A stretch of DNA of 64,000 nt, taken from NCBI RefSeq assembly GCF_009834535.1, contig NC_045698.1:14262001-14326000 (forward strand), in the 5' to 3' direction. A program made the position numbers and the translations under genes. Shown here piece by piece: positions 52,561-64,000 of this stretch. The stretch's first letter is position 1. Every line of letters begins with the position of its first letter. The notes beneath the pieces are model-generated. The model saw only the letters and a program-made list of their open reading frames with translations, searched no databases and was not told the origin of the DNA. The stretch comes from Camelus ferus. Lineage: Eukaryota.

Positions 52561-53714
52561 TCCAGGTCTGCATCCGTTCCTCTTCCCTCTCCTCATCCTG
52601 CCCTCCCAAGGTCATGAGTGGAGATTGATGGATTAGCCTACTCGAAATAGTTTCTCCTCTATTTCTGTCATATGCTCCAGACATTATCTCACTGGTTAAA
52701 AAAAAAAAAAAGACATTTTAATATTCACTCATTGCAAATTTTTTCACATCTTTTTTCATTCTTTCAAAGTGTTCGATGGTTACCCAAGATCCTAGTGAGG
52801 AGGACTGTCCAGATTTTCTCTATCAGAATTACCCTACTCCCTACGGTAAGTGTTTTTAACATCAGACCTCAGTATTGTTCTGTGCTCTGTCATTGTCCTA
52901 TTTAGCAGCTAGTTCATTCGTGTTAAGGTGATAAGACTTTATGGACATTTTAAGAAGGACTTTTAACAAAACACTTTGCTTAAACTCAAAGGAGTCGCAA
53001 TGTGTCTGGCTAACTATGCAAGTCGCCATCCCCAGCTACCGATGGGTCAGTCATTTGTGGTTATTGGGCTTTTCAGTGCTTTTCAAGTAGTGCCACATTC
53101 ATGTCTGTCCATGTGTCACATACAGGTGTCACCAGAAAGAGCAGACATGAGAAATGGAACAGTGAGTAATTCCCAGGGTAGACCAAATTTGCCTTCATGA
53201 GTTTTTTGAATTCTAATTCAAATGTATGATAGCAATGATGACAAGACTGTATTGTAGGTCAAAGAATAGTCCTTTTGCCCAAGATATGGCCACTTTATAT
53301 TAAGAAGAAGTTGAGGTCATGTAAAAATAGGAAACTTAAAGTATTTATGACTGCAGATCATTTAAGATCTAGGCTTCACTGTATTTATACTCATCAAAAT
53401 GATTGATTTATTTTATATTAGACACTTCTTAATTTATCTGTCCTAATAATATCAACAGCTCCTATTAGTAAATTACATTTTGAGAAGGGATATTAAATTA
53501 CTTCCTGTATAAACCAAACTTGAGGTATGTTTAAACATAATGCCATATATAGTTCAAGAACCTTCCTCAAAACTAAAAATACTTTGCAGCATTTACAATT
53601 ATTGAACACACTTTTCATGTAACGTATATGCTGTATGCAACTCAATTCTCCCTTTCTCTAATTTCTCTCTAGAGGGAATCATGAAAATCACTACTTTTTA
53701 ATTAATTTAACAGA

Positions 53715-55240
53715 TAATTAGTGAGAAAGGACCTAATACTAGAGAGCTGACATCATAGTGTAAGATGAACAAAAATATATTCTACAAATACAAATATATA
53801 ATATATAAATATATATACATATAACATACATATGTATATAATACATAAGCATTATATAATCATAATAATATGCTATAAAGAAACACAGTTCTGTAGATAT
53901 CATGAAGAAAATAAAGGAAAGATGAGTGAACAGTGAGTTAGCTGAGGACGCTGCCTTTTATGTGGTGGTGTCCAGATCACTTCACCTAAAGAGAAGGAAG
54001 ATATTTGATCAGAGACACGTAAAAAGTAAAGGAGCCAGTCACATGGGAAAGAAAAATTAAGCTAGAAGGAAGAGAAAATGTGAGGCCCTGAGGTAAAACC
54101 ATCTTATTATCTTCATGAGGCCCTGAAGGAGGCCAGAGAGGCTGGAAGGGGACATGCTGATCAGAGAGATTACAAGACAGAGGGGAGGTTTAAGCCACTG
54201 TAGGCCACTTACGGACATTAGATTCAATTATGTGTACAATGGGAACGAGTCTGACTATCCTGAACAAGGAAAGGATATGATTTTATTTAAATTTTAAAAA
54301 GAATCACTCTGGCTACTGTGGGGATAATAGACCATTAGGCAGAGGGTAGAAAGGTTAGGATGCTATTTTAAAAGTCCAGGGTAGAAATTATAGTAACCTG
54401 AATTTAGAAGATAGCTGTAGCAATGCCAAGAAGCAGTCAGAATCTGAAAATATTTTGAAGATAACGTCCATGGAATTTGTTAATAAATTAATGTGAGGGT
54501 TGAAAGAAGTACAGAAATTCATGATGACTTGATATTTTCTGGCTTTTATATTCTACCCACTGCTATAAAAAATGTTAACATCATATTTCAGTATTGTGCT
54601 AAATATATATTGTTACAAAATCTACTGCATTTGCTGAGATGAGGAACACAAGGAGATGCCTGTTGGACATGGGTGTGAAAAATAATTAAGTTTTAGAGAT
54701 AGTAATTTTGACCTCCCAGTGGAAAAATCTAAAATTGTTGGTGCAAATGAGCCCATAGTTAGGAGAAGTGTTTGGGTCAGAGATAAATATCAAATGTATT
54801 TGGAAACCAAACATTTATAAAGCTGGATTTTAAGGAGGATATATAAAAGAGACTGAGAGAATTATCCAGGGAGGTGAGAGGAGAATGTCCCAGGGAACAA
54901 CCAAAAAAGAAAAAGTCAAGGGTGAGGCATCAACAAGTATGCCAAAGTCTGTGAAATGCCAAAGATGATAATGATGAATTGACTGTTGGATTTCACAGTG
55001 CTTTTTGAGAGCAAGTTTGCTAGATTTCTTGGAAAGAAGGCCTGATTGGTGTTTGTTCGAAAAAGAATAGGAAAAAATAAAGTACAGATAAAAATGAGGA
55101 ACAACTCAAGGAATACGGCTATAAAAAAGAGTAAGAGAAAAAATAGAGCAGGATACAGAAAGAACGAAAGGATTTTAAAATGGTAGATATAACAGTAGTT
55201 ATATGTTAGTGAGAATAATTTCCTAGAAAGGCAAACTAAA
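53715..55240 (-). mobile_element. Long L2 fragment with internal (TA)-rich low complexity
   Basis: 'ggaggccagagaggctgga', 'gtaggccacttacggacattagatt', 'aaaagaatcactctggctactgtg', 'gaatctgaaaatattttgaag', 'gatgaattgactgttggattt'. Confidence 0.82.
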
Positions 55241-56504
55241 AAAGAAGTAGGCTTGGACTCAATTAAGACGGTGTTCAACTAATTAAACAAAAGAATGGCA
55301 GAAGGTATATATACATATATACATATATATACATACTATAGTAAAAAATGATCTGATGGAACTGTACAAATCCTTAAGGGAATACTATTCCCCAGAAATA
55401 TGTGTTTTACATAAGAAATACTAAATACCAAATAATACATGGGAAATTATTACTTGGGACTTTAAAGTACTTTAGCGCTATTTTCATTATGAACTACAAA
55501 AATAGAAAATGCTATAATTGAGAGATAGGGGATCCTTGAAAGAGGTGAGAGAAATATTATGCTTTTCAATTGCACAGTTAACTGGAATACATGTCAGAAA
55601 CAAAGGTTTGCAGTCTTATTAACCCAAATCCAAAGTAATTTAAAACAGAACTGTAGCACTCAAGTGAGCAAACGTTTGCTTTCAGATAGTCTATTGTTAA
55701 AGTTTGAAAAGCACCATCTCTTCAAACTGATTCTGAATCTGTGACTCAATACAGAGAAGCAATTAGGAAGCAAAGTATTAGCCAGCATCACGAAGTAAAT
55801 AAATATTTACTGTCAACCTTACAGATGTGAAAAGTCCCATTTCCACATACACTTCTAATTGGATTTAAATAGCTTCTTAAATATTCTATTTAAATCTTTG
55901 ATACTCTGAACAAATTGCAGTGCCATATTTTTTTTAAGCTTTAAAACTCACTAAATGCAGTTTAGGGCATTAGTTATCCAAAACTAAGAAGGTTTAGTCT
56001 GTTTAGTGGGATTTTGTTCCAGGGTTTCCTTCAGTATGAAGTGATTTCAATGAATAATTTATAAAACATTTTTCAACACTGTGTACAGTCAGAACTTACT
56101 TAATAATTTAGTTTCTACTGTTATTAAAAGGAATTCCATATACTTTTAATGATTTGTAGTCCTTGTTGAGAAACTCTCAGGTGAAGTATTATTAAATTTG
56201 TACTTAGTCTTTTTTTAAAGTAATTTCTGAAATAGCTGGATGAGATAAAAAACAAACAATAAAGTACAAATCCATTTTCTTTTTAGCATTCAGAATTGTA
56301 CTTTATTTTCAATACAGTAGTTGCTGAAGGAGGAACCAGTCAAAGGAATTAATTCTTTCTTGATGCACTCGAAGTGCTCACACATGATTTAGTGTATCAT
56401 AAAACCCATCACAGGCGTGTAGCCCCATAAAATCTCTAGGTTTTGAAAAAAATGTTTGGTACGATGACAGAAGATAGACACTATCCTCTTTAAGTAATAG
56501 TACT

Positions 56505-56710
56505 ATTCAGTATAAATGTTGAGTTCCTAATAAGTATCTCCCCCTTTTCTTAGGCCATTTACAACTCATCACATTTGGATTTCAGCATAAGCTGTAAGTG
56601 GAGGTGTTATTACCCATTTTTCAGATTTGGAGTCTGAGAGGTTAAGAACTCGCAGGAAGTAATTAAATGACTGAGCTAGGATCTAAATTTGGCTCTTCTT
56701 TTTAGAGATT
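56505..56710 (-). mobile_element. MIR SINE
   Basis: 'gtgttattacccatttttcagatttggagtctgagaggttaagaactcg', 'gactgagctaggatctaaa'. Confidence 0.7.
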
Positions 56711-58180
56711 TCCCTGGGTTACTAATAGCTGAGTAGTTGATTAAGAATACTAGAGTTACAAATTTCCAGTCCTTACTGTTTTTGTCTAGCATATGAAACT
56801 TAAATAAATCTTCTGATTTATTGCCATAAAACGCTTAGCAATTTCCTCTACAGAAATGGTAGCATGCTTATACTCTTGGAAACTTTTTTTTTTTAAATTA
56901 CAGTTGCGTATTTAGTTTTCTCTTTTACAGATTGTTTTAAATACGACATGGACAGCGACAGGACAAAATCGTAAAATCAATTTCAAAATAAGGTATTCCC
57001 TGCAATATTTGCATGTTTTTAAAGCAAAGTATTCATATTGCTTTAAAGAAAATATAATTCAAATAGTTTATTCGCTAATAAAGTGTGAAGTATTCAAAGC
57101 ATTTCTGAAAATGGTATTTATTGTTTCACTGTAGATATCATATGAGCTGATAATCATCAGCTACATATATCTACTAAGTAAGAGGCATAGTATGAGGCAA
57201 AAAAATTAGTAAAGTAAAATAAAAGTGTAAATGTAGCTAAAAGGCTGTCATGAAATACCATAGAGAAAAGCATTCCCAAGAGCATGTTGGGAGTAGAGTA
57301 TCTTAGAGCTAATGACTATTACAGTTGACCTAGGCACTCAACAAGACAAGAAGGAAATAATATCCTTTTAGAACCACCAAAAAGCTTTGCAAAAAATAAA
57401 TGATTCAGACAAGAGAAATGCTAAAATATATCAAATTTTAGAATAAGCGATGAATGCTAAATAACACCGTATTCCATGTTGACATAAGAAGGACCTCCTT
57501 CGGAGAGCACATGTCATAGTCATACTAATGGATCTCAGTGAATTTTAACTATCCACCTATAAACCATGCCTGAAACTTAATTCAAGAAATAATGAAAATG
57601 TTATCAACTTTGACATTGTAATTGGAAAGCTCTGGCTTGCAAGTTTACTAAAAGCAAGCAGGGAAGAGAACGGAACTGGACAGAAACACAGGAGAAATGA
57701 CATGTAGAGATCACAGGACATCAAGGGAAGGGATGCTTTTAGGAAAAAGAAAAACGCATTTAATTATATTAAAGTTGAAAATATAACAGGAAAGACAAAA
57801 AATAGCAACACCGATTAAAACTGTGACATGGAGGAAAAGTGAGCCAATTTCTCCCCTGTCAAAACGGGAAGTGAATAAAAAATGAGTCAAGCTGATCAAT
57901 AAAAAATAGAGGCCTCCAACCGCTTATTTGTAGACATGAAGGTAACCCTCCTGCAACCCCTAAACAGAGAACATATTTTTAGAAGTTTTGTTCCGAGGCA
58001 AATTGGGGCTTGGAGATTTTTCCTTATAAGGGCTTCTATGGCATTTTGTCTTTAATTATTATCTTAATTTTTTAATGCTGAATGGTTATTCTATTGCACC
58101 ATTCTCTTTGGTCTCATCATGCTGAAGGTACATAGCTGTGACAGCTATGGCCACTATAACTTGAAGAGCAACACGGATAC

Positions 58181-58223
58181 CACACACACACACGCACGTG
58201 CACACACACACACACACACACAC
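58181..58223. repeat. (CA)n microsatellite, interrupted
   Basis: Seen directly. Confidence 0.95.
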
Positions 58224-60559
58224 GGCAGACTATTATTAGTGGCAATTTCTCTAACTGTATTCATGTCCCGGATTTCTCAACAGAGACTATAATCAGCCTC
58301 TGTTAGGAGAGGACTAGAACTCTGTGGTTTTCAAATGTTCTAGTTCACACTTTATTTTTGAAATGTAAATGGGTATCTTTAGTGCTTTACATGAGTCATT
58401 AAACACACACTTACATACCTATATGAGCTAAGTATTTTATAATTCCAAATATTGCTTAATTCTGACAGAGAATATAATTTTTTGCTCAGATATAAAACAA
58501 TTTAAGCTGCTTCATATTATTATGTTTTCTCCTAAGGTCAGTAAGGTTAATGCTTAGCCACAGTCAGTTCAAGTTGAATCTGAGGAAATGTCAGTTAAGC
58601 AGAATAATAACAGCCCCTTTGTAATCAAAATAACACAAAATAATTATTGATTCTAACCAGGGCAGTCTTATTTTTAATCTGTGAATGTCAGGATATAGTC
58701 TGGCATTTAGCTCTTTGGAAACCATGCCTTTATTTTTCTTTTTTCAGTAGAGATATCATGAGAAAGCCTTTTGCTCTCTAGAGATCACTCTCCTGCAATT
58801 TACAGTAATATAATGTATATATAATTTTTTAAAAAAGCTTGAGTCAGAAAAAAGCAACAGAGTTTTGTAATAAAAATGTACTTTGACTTTACCACACTTG
58901 CTTATCACCCAGAAAAGAGAGATATGATCAAAATGCATTCCATGTCTTCTACAGTTAATTGTGGCGAGTATGGCTACAATTCATTATAGAAAGGTAAAAA
59001 CCCTTTTCTCATACAATAGGGAATAAAACTGTTTTCCTATCAACTTAGTCTTTTAAGAATGGCTATGTGATACGCTGGAAATTCCAAATCTGAAATAGCC
59101 AAGCATTCTTACTATTTTTCTACAATCATGTTAAAAAACCTACTGGTATGGGGATATTCCTCACTGTGGTTGTGATGACATGCAGAATCAGTTCATATGT
59201 TTCTTCTACAATATTTCTACCACTGCATTTTTTCAAAGATTTTCCTAGATAATTATAAATTTCTTGAGTTATGTTTTTAAATTCCACTCAAGTGCAGGGG
59301 AAGACACAACTAAATGGGCTGGAGAGAGATTCTGGATATCATTGTATGGCTCTCTGATGAACCATGGCCTCAAATCAGACCTTACTTTTGGGTTTTCAGT
59401 TATCATCACATGGATGCTATTAACAATAGAAATGTGTCTGTCTGTTGTACATATAAATACTAGTTCCCCAGGTTGAAATGGATTAAATTACTTAAAAACT
59501 TTTTTAAGAGGTCATGTTAAAGTCTGAGAGGTTGACAGTCACAGAAAGCTAAAAGGGCTTACACTTGGAGTGTTGACTAAAGTCTATGATTCATTGATGG
59601 ATTGAAAAGTGAAGATAGACATGACTGACTTCAGAGTTTTACCTGGAACTCTAGGGAAATGGGTATCCCAGGACTGCAGAGCAAAATGAGCCATGAAGTG
59701 TTCATCACGGGCTAAGTGATGTCATTTCTATGATTCAGTCTTACTGTGAGCCCAACACTGTAGGTATTAATGCTGGGAAGATTCCATTCCAAATGATAAT
59801 AGTATAAGTAGTGTTATCAATAGAATGCAGCTGAGTGCAGCCCAGCGTCTTCCTCTAGTCCCAAATATGATAAAGTTCCTTTATGTTAGACAAAAGATGC
59901 ATATAAACCAGTGATAGCAGCATGGGCGCCTGTACTCATATACTGAGTGTATATTTGCTTCTTTATTTCTAGAGCTTTCATGGAATTCATTTTGCAGGTG
60001 ATTAGGAAAGGGATTATTAATACTCAGATCTTAGGAAAAGCTATTGAGATGGTTATAAATAAAGTTCTCAATATCTCTTGCCTGATGACTTTCACAATAA
60101 ATCAATAGTGTCTCTTATTAAATGTGTTACTTAAATATAACATTTACAAAAAAAAAAAAGCAGTCCATCATCTATAAGGAGCTGTAGGTTTGACTTACTC
60201 CATGGATGCAGGTCTCATGGATAAGAAAACAATTTTGAAGGGGAAATCCTAGCTGGGATACTGGGATTAAGCTACTGGGATACTGGGATTTTTTTGTGGG
60301 GGTGGAAATAAAGTATATATAATTTATGAGAGGGTTTAACAATAACACCTGATGTCTCACCCATAAGAAGAGCAGATTATTTAGAGTTTCTATATCTCCA
60401 TCACAGACTCCCATTAAGTCTCTAAGAAAAAAAGTTTGGAAAAAGTATAAGATGATATAGCCAGCCAGAAAGGGATTTAATCCACTGGGTTATTTTCAAA
60501 CTGTTATTTTAAAGTTCCTGAAATTTTTTAAATTGGGAAAAATTATGTCTTTCTCATTG

Positions 60560-61330
60560 ACCATGCCTCATCCTCCTTTTCAGGTTTCTTCCCCCTCACA
60601 CCTGTTTTTTCATAATTCCTTGCTGCATTTATTCAGTTGAAATACCATCTCTTTTCTCAAAGATCACCTACTCTCTCCTCCATATTTAAATTCCAAATAA
60701 ACTGCCAATAATCTGGTTTTCTTTACCTAAATCTATTGTATAGCATTTATCATGTTCCAATATACTACTGGAGTGGACTCTATGGTCTGGTATCCAGACA
60801 TCCCTGCAGAATTCATTCCCTCATCTCTTGGAGCTTGAGCTGTCAATAGCCCTCTGATGAATTTCTTCTCCAGGAATTCTCCCTACCTTAGAAAATATTC
60901 TTTCCCAAGATCATTATTTCTCCCAGTAGGCAACCCACATTCTGAGGCTGATCATGAATAGAAGGAGGAAAGAAAAGCTTTTGCACTTGTTTCAAGTTGG
61001 AGCAATGATCAACAGATATTCCAGTACCAAAGCCCTTATGAGACCCTTTGTTAAGACTGTGCTGTAATTCAACTACTCCTTTGCCCAATTCTACTTCCTT
61101 CCTCCACAGATGTTTGTTGACCCCAAGGGAGCAACTAATTAAACTTTCTACAGATGATTTTCCATATTAGGAGCTGTTCCCCAGAGAACTGAAATGAAGA
61201 TATATACTATATAATTTGTCTAAGATGCTTGTTGTTTATCGTGCATCATCCTCCCCTAAAAATCTGCTCCCTAAGGACAAGATGCTATACCACCAAACAT
61301 CAGAGATATAGTAGATGCTCCATGAACAGC
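60560..61330 (+). mobile_element. L2 3' end split by an LTR16-like insertion
   Basis: Left part ends 'tgtatagcatttatcatgttccaatatac'. Right part continues 'tatactatataatttg...ctccctaaggacaaga...atagtagatgctccatgaa'. Confidence 0.6.
60766..61202 (+). mobile_element. LTR16-like ERVL solo LTR with 5-bp TSD
   Basis: 3' motif 'gcccaattctacttccttcctccacagatg...ttgaccccaagggagcaactaattaaac...gctgttccccagagaac'. TSD 'tatac' at 60761-60765 and 61203-61207. Confidence 0.78.
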
Positions 61331-61639
61331 CATCACATAGGAGTGCTGAAAATGTGAGCTGAAAGGAAGAATGAATCAATTTGCCACAAGGTCTAAGGAA
61401 TTCAAGGGTTCAACACAGAATGACTTGGATGTAGCATTTACTAAATAGTAACATCCTTCTTTTTCTATCTCATAAATTCTTTTTGTGTTCAAAACATAAT
61501 GATCAGTAGTATGGCCAAGCAGGTCTCAGAAACTTGATTATTTGGGTCCAAGGAAACTTCATTTCCTTATGAAGAACTTCCGCATTAGGACCGTCTATAT
61601 TAATGCTTAGGATCTCTTTATACTACTACTTGAAGATCT

Positions 61640-61694
61640 TTTTCTTTTTTCTTTACTGAAGTGTAGTGGATTTACAATGTTGTGTTAGTTTCTG
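61640..61694 (-). mobile_element. L1 3' terminal fragment (~50 bp)
   Basis: T-rich tail followed by 'actgaagtgtagtggatttacaatgttgtgttagtttctg'. Confidence 0.8.
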
Positions 61695-63475
61695 ATTTTT
61701 CTTCTTCATATCCCTCCTCTCCCATGTAGTTCTTGCTGCCTCATAGCTTCTGTACCCCTAACACAGATACAGCTTGGCTTGCCCATGGTCCTTCATGATC
61801 TACTGCAGACGTACGCATACTCTCAGAAACAGCATTTACTATGCCAAGATGGTCTCTTAATTTCTCACTAATACTCTTTGTGAAAATGTATGTTCATTCC
61901 TGCCTTTTTCACAATTTATTAATCATTCTATGGATTGATTGCTTTGAGTCAGATACTTAGATGAATCCAGTCAACTGGCCAGATGAAACAAAATCAAGTG
62001 TTCCAAATGGGACCATCTAAGACTGTGCCTGAGGTCAGAGCTTGGGAAAAGAGGAGGTCCCTACAAATAGGCTGCAAGTATAGCAGTCATGGCAATAAAC
62101 ATGTGTAGTAACACCTCTGTTTCAGAAGACCTGCCCTCGAAGGCAACACCATCATCTATATTCTGTGAAGGATGATCTATGCAGGAAACAGTCTGCTTTA
62201 CTTTTATTTGTTTTATTTTTCCCTATAACCAAACAAATTATGATTTTATTTTCCATAGCCAACTTCTATACAACGTGTGAGGGAATAATCATTTTAGACA
62301 AATGTAAGATCCATTTCTGACATTATCAATGAGAAAGATAAAATCTCCTTTGGGATCAATTCAAGGCTATGGGCAGGTATACTCAAGCGTAAAACATTCT
62401 TTACTTGTAAAATATCCTCGTGTTCACGTTTGGCAGCCACACAAAATAAGTTCTAAATTCTCAAATACTGAATTCCAAAAACATCTATTCTTTCAGTTGG
62501 ATTTGTGTGTTTGTGTGTGTGGCATCAGCTTGTAAGTGTAAGCCAAGTAGACAGCATGTATACAAAGGATGGTTTTGTCAACAGGCAAGTGAGCGGTTCT
62601 GCAACAATGCTGCTGGGAAATGTTCCACAGCAGGAAAGTGTATGGTATATTTCAGTCCCTCTAAGTATCTGTGTTCTGCACACATGCTTAGAGAGTCAGG
62701 CTAAGTGTGCATTTATAAAATAAGTAAATAAACTAACCCAACAACTGACTTTCAGGAAAGCCTGCCTTATTTCAGCTACTGGTGCTTCAGAGATTTAGTT
62801 GCTATGACTTAAGGACATGGAGGAAGTGAACTTAGAGAATTGTGTGGAATCATCCCCTACAGAGTTAACATTACGGGTTATTTTTTGAAGAAATCTGCTG
62901 GTGTTGGGGTTGACATTTAGACTTACATTTTTATCATCTGACCTGAAATAAAAGGTCCTTTATACTAATGACAGGAATGTATAAGCACCTGCCTCTGAGA
63001 TCATTATGAACAATAGCCGCTGCTGTCTGTGGATGAAAAGAACTGGCTCCTTGCCAATGTTAAATAGGGCTTGTGCATTGAAGGTTTCAGTTTATGACTA
63101 AATTTAGAGTCCAAAAGGTTTCTATGTTCCAAAGTCACAAGTATGCACTTTCACATACAGGAATGGATGAGGTGTTTCTTAAAAATAAGTCTTTATTTGC
63201 CCTCAATAAAAGTTTTCATTTTATTTTTTTGTTGTTTTGTTTTTGTCCCAGTTCATTTTGTCTTAAATGTAATCTCAGATTCTAAGCACATACAAGAATT
63301 CTTTAGTCCTCATTTGAAGAAAGTAAAGGATATGCTCTACCCAGAAATGCTGAGACAAAGCCAGAAGATAAAGAGAGTAGTTGGGTTCCGTATTCTTAAA
63401 CAAAAATTAGTGGCTACAGTTGGCTTCTTTGTTTCCTTGTGTAGGACTAAGATGTCATCAATATGTTAATGACAA

Positions 63476-63610
63476 CCACTAAATAAAAATGTCAGCTTCA
63501 TGAGGACAAAGACTCAGCTTGTCTTGTTAATTGCTGCACCCTCAGTGTTCAGCATAGTGTTCATCAGACAATAAAAACAAAAATATTTGTTCAGCATATG
63601 AATTAAATTA
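63476..63610 (+). mobile_element. L2 3' terminus
   Basis: 'atgtcagcttcatgaggacaaagact...tgtcttgttaattgctgcaccctcagtgttcagcatagtg...aaatatttgttcag..tgaatt'. Confidence 0.8.
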
Positions 63611-64000
63611 TAACTTATGGCTATGTCATTTATCAATTTCTCTAAGGAAACTTGATCCACATAAAATCTCAAGAATTCAAAAGAAGATTATGAATTTATC
63701 CCAATCTTTGGAAAGATCTTAAATCTTTTTTCCTGTGTACATTTGGTGTATTTGTGGGAGAGGGTGAGCTACAAGCATCCTTCTACTCCATCATCTCGGC
63801 CCCTCCCCACCATGTACATTTTGAATCATCTATTAGGAATAATTCACGTAAACATTGTCTTCTATGATTTAGGCCGATTTTTTTTATCCTACTGCACCAA
63901 AATTATTAATTCACATAAGGATCAAGATACACCCCATCCTCTTTATAAGCTTATTTATCCACCCATTAAGAATTCATTTAACAAGTATGTTTGTCAGATT

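Noticed and set aside
54916..55278. 120-aa hydrophobic 'membrane protein' ORF
   Set aside because: Translation of the pyrimidine-rich strand of an L2 remnant; compositional artefact.
1..64000. CRISPR array, operon, phage/defence or other novel multi-gene system
   Set aside because: The DNA is mammalian and non-coding. There are no regularly spaced 25-45 bp repeats with spacers and no long ORFs other than L1 remnants.

Overview
This is AT-rich, repeat-rich mammalian genomic DNA. A tRNA-Ala-derived SINE with a 'TAAACCTAATTACCTCCCC' tail and the LINE-1 3' ends suggest a camelid or another cetartiodactyl; this is recalled family knowledge, not a database result. The only gene-like structure is the 5' end of a minus-strand spliced gene at a CpG island (~7.7-8.15 kb). 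It has a CCAAT box, a first exon ending at a GTAAGG donor (7635) and a 26-nt second exon (7407-7432) ending in ATG-GAA-T. Positions 1-7406 would be intronic and >8.2 kb upstream/intergenic. I cannot name the gene. The rest is a fossil record of L1, L2, L3/CR1, MIR, MaLR/ERVL LTRs, hAT MER20/MER58 and microsatellites. The only ORFs I can tie to a real protein are L1 ORF2 remnants. I see no evidence for a novel multi-gene system, CRISPR array or prokaryotic element. The most notable items are nested or unusual retrotransposition events and a few non-repeat hairpin or CpG-retaining patches. Repeat family calls are by-eye matches to remembered consensus sequences, and boundaries are approximate unless TSDs are given.
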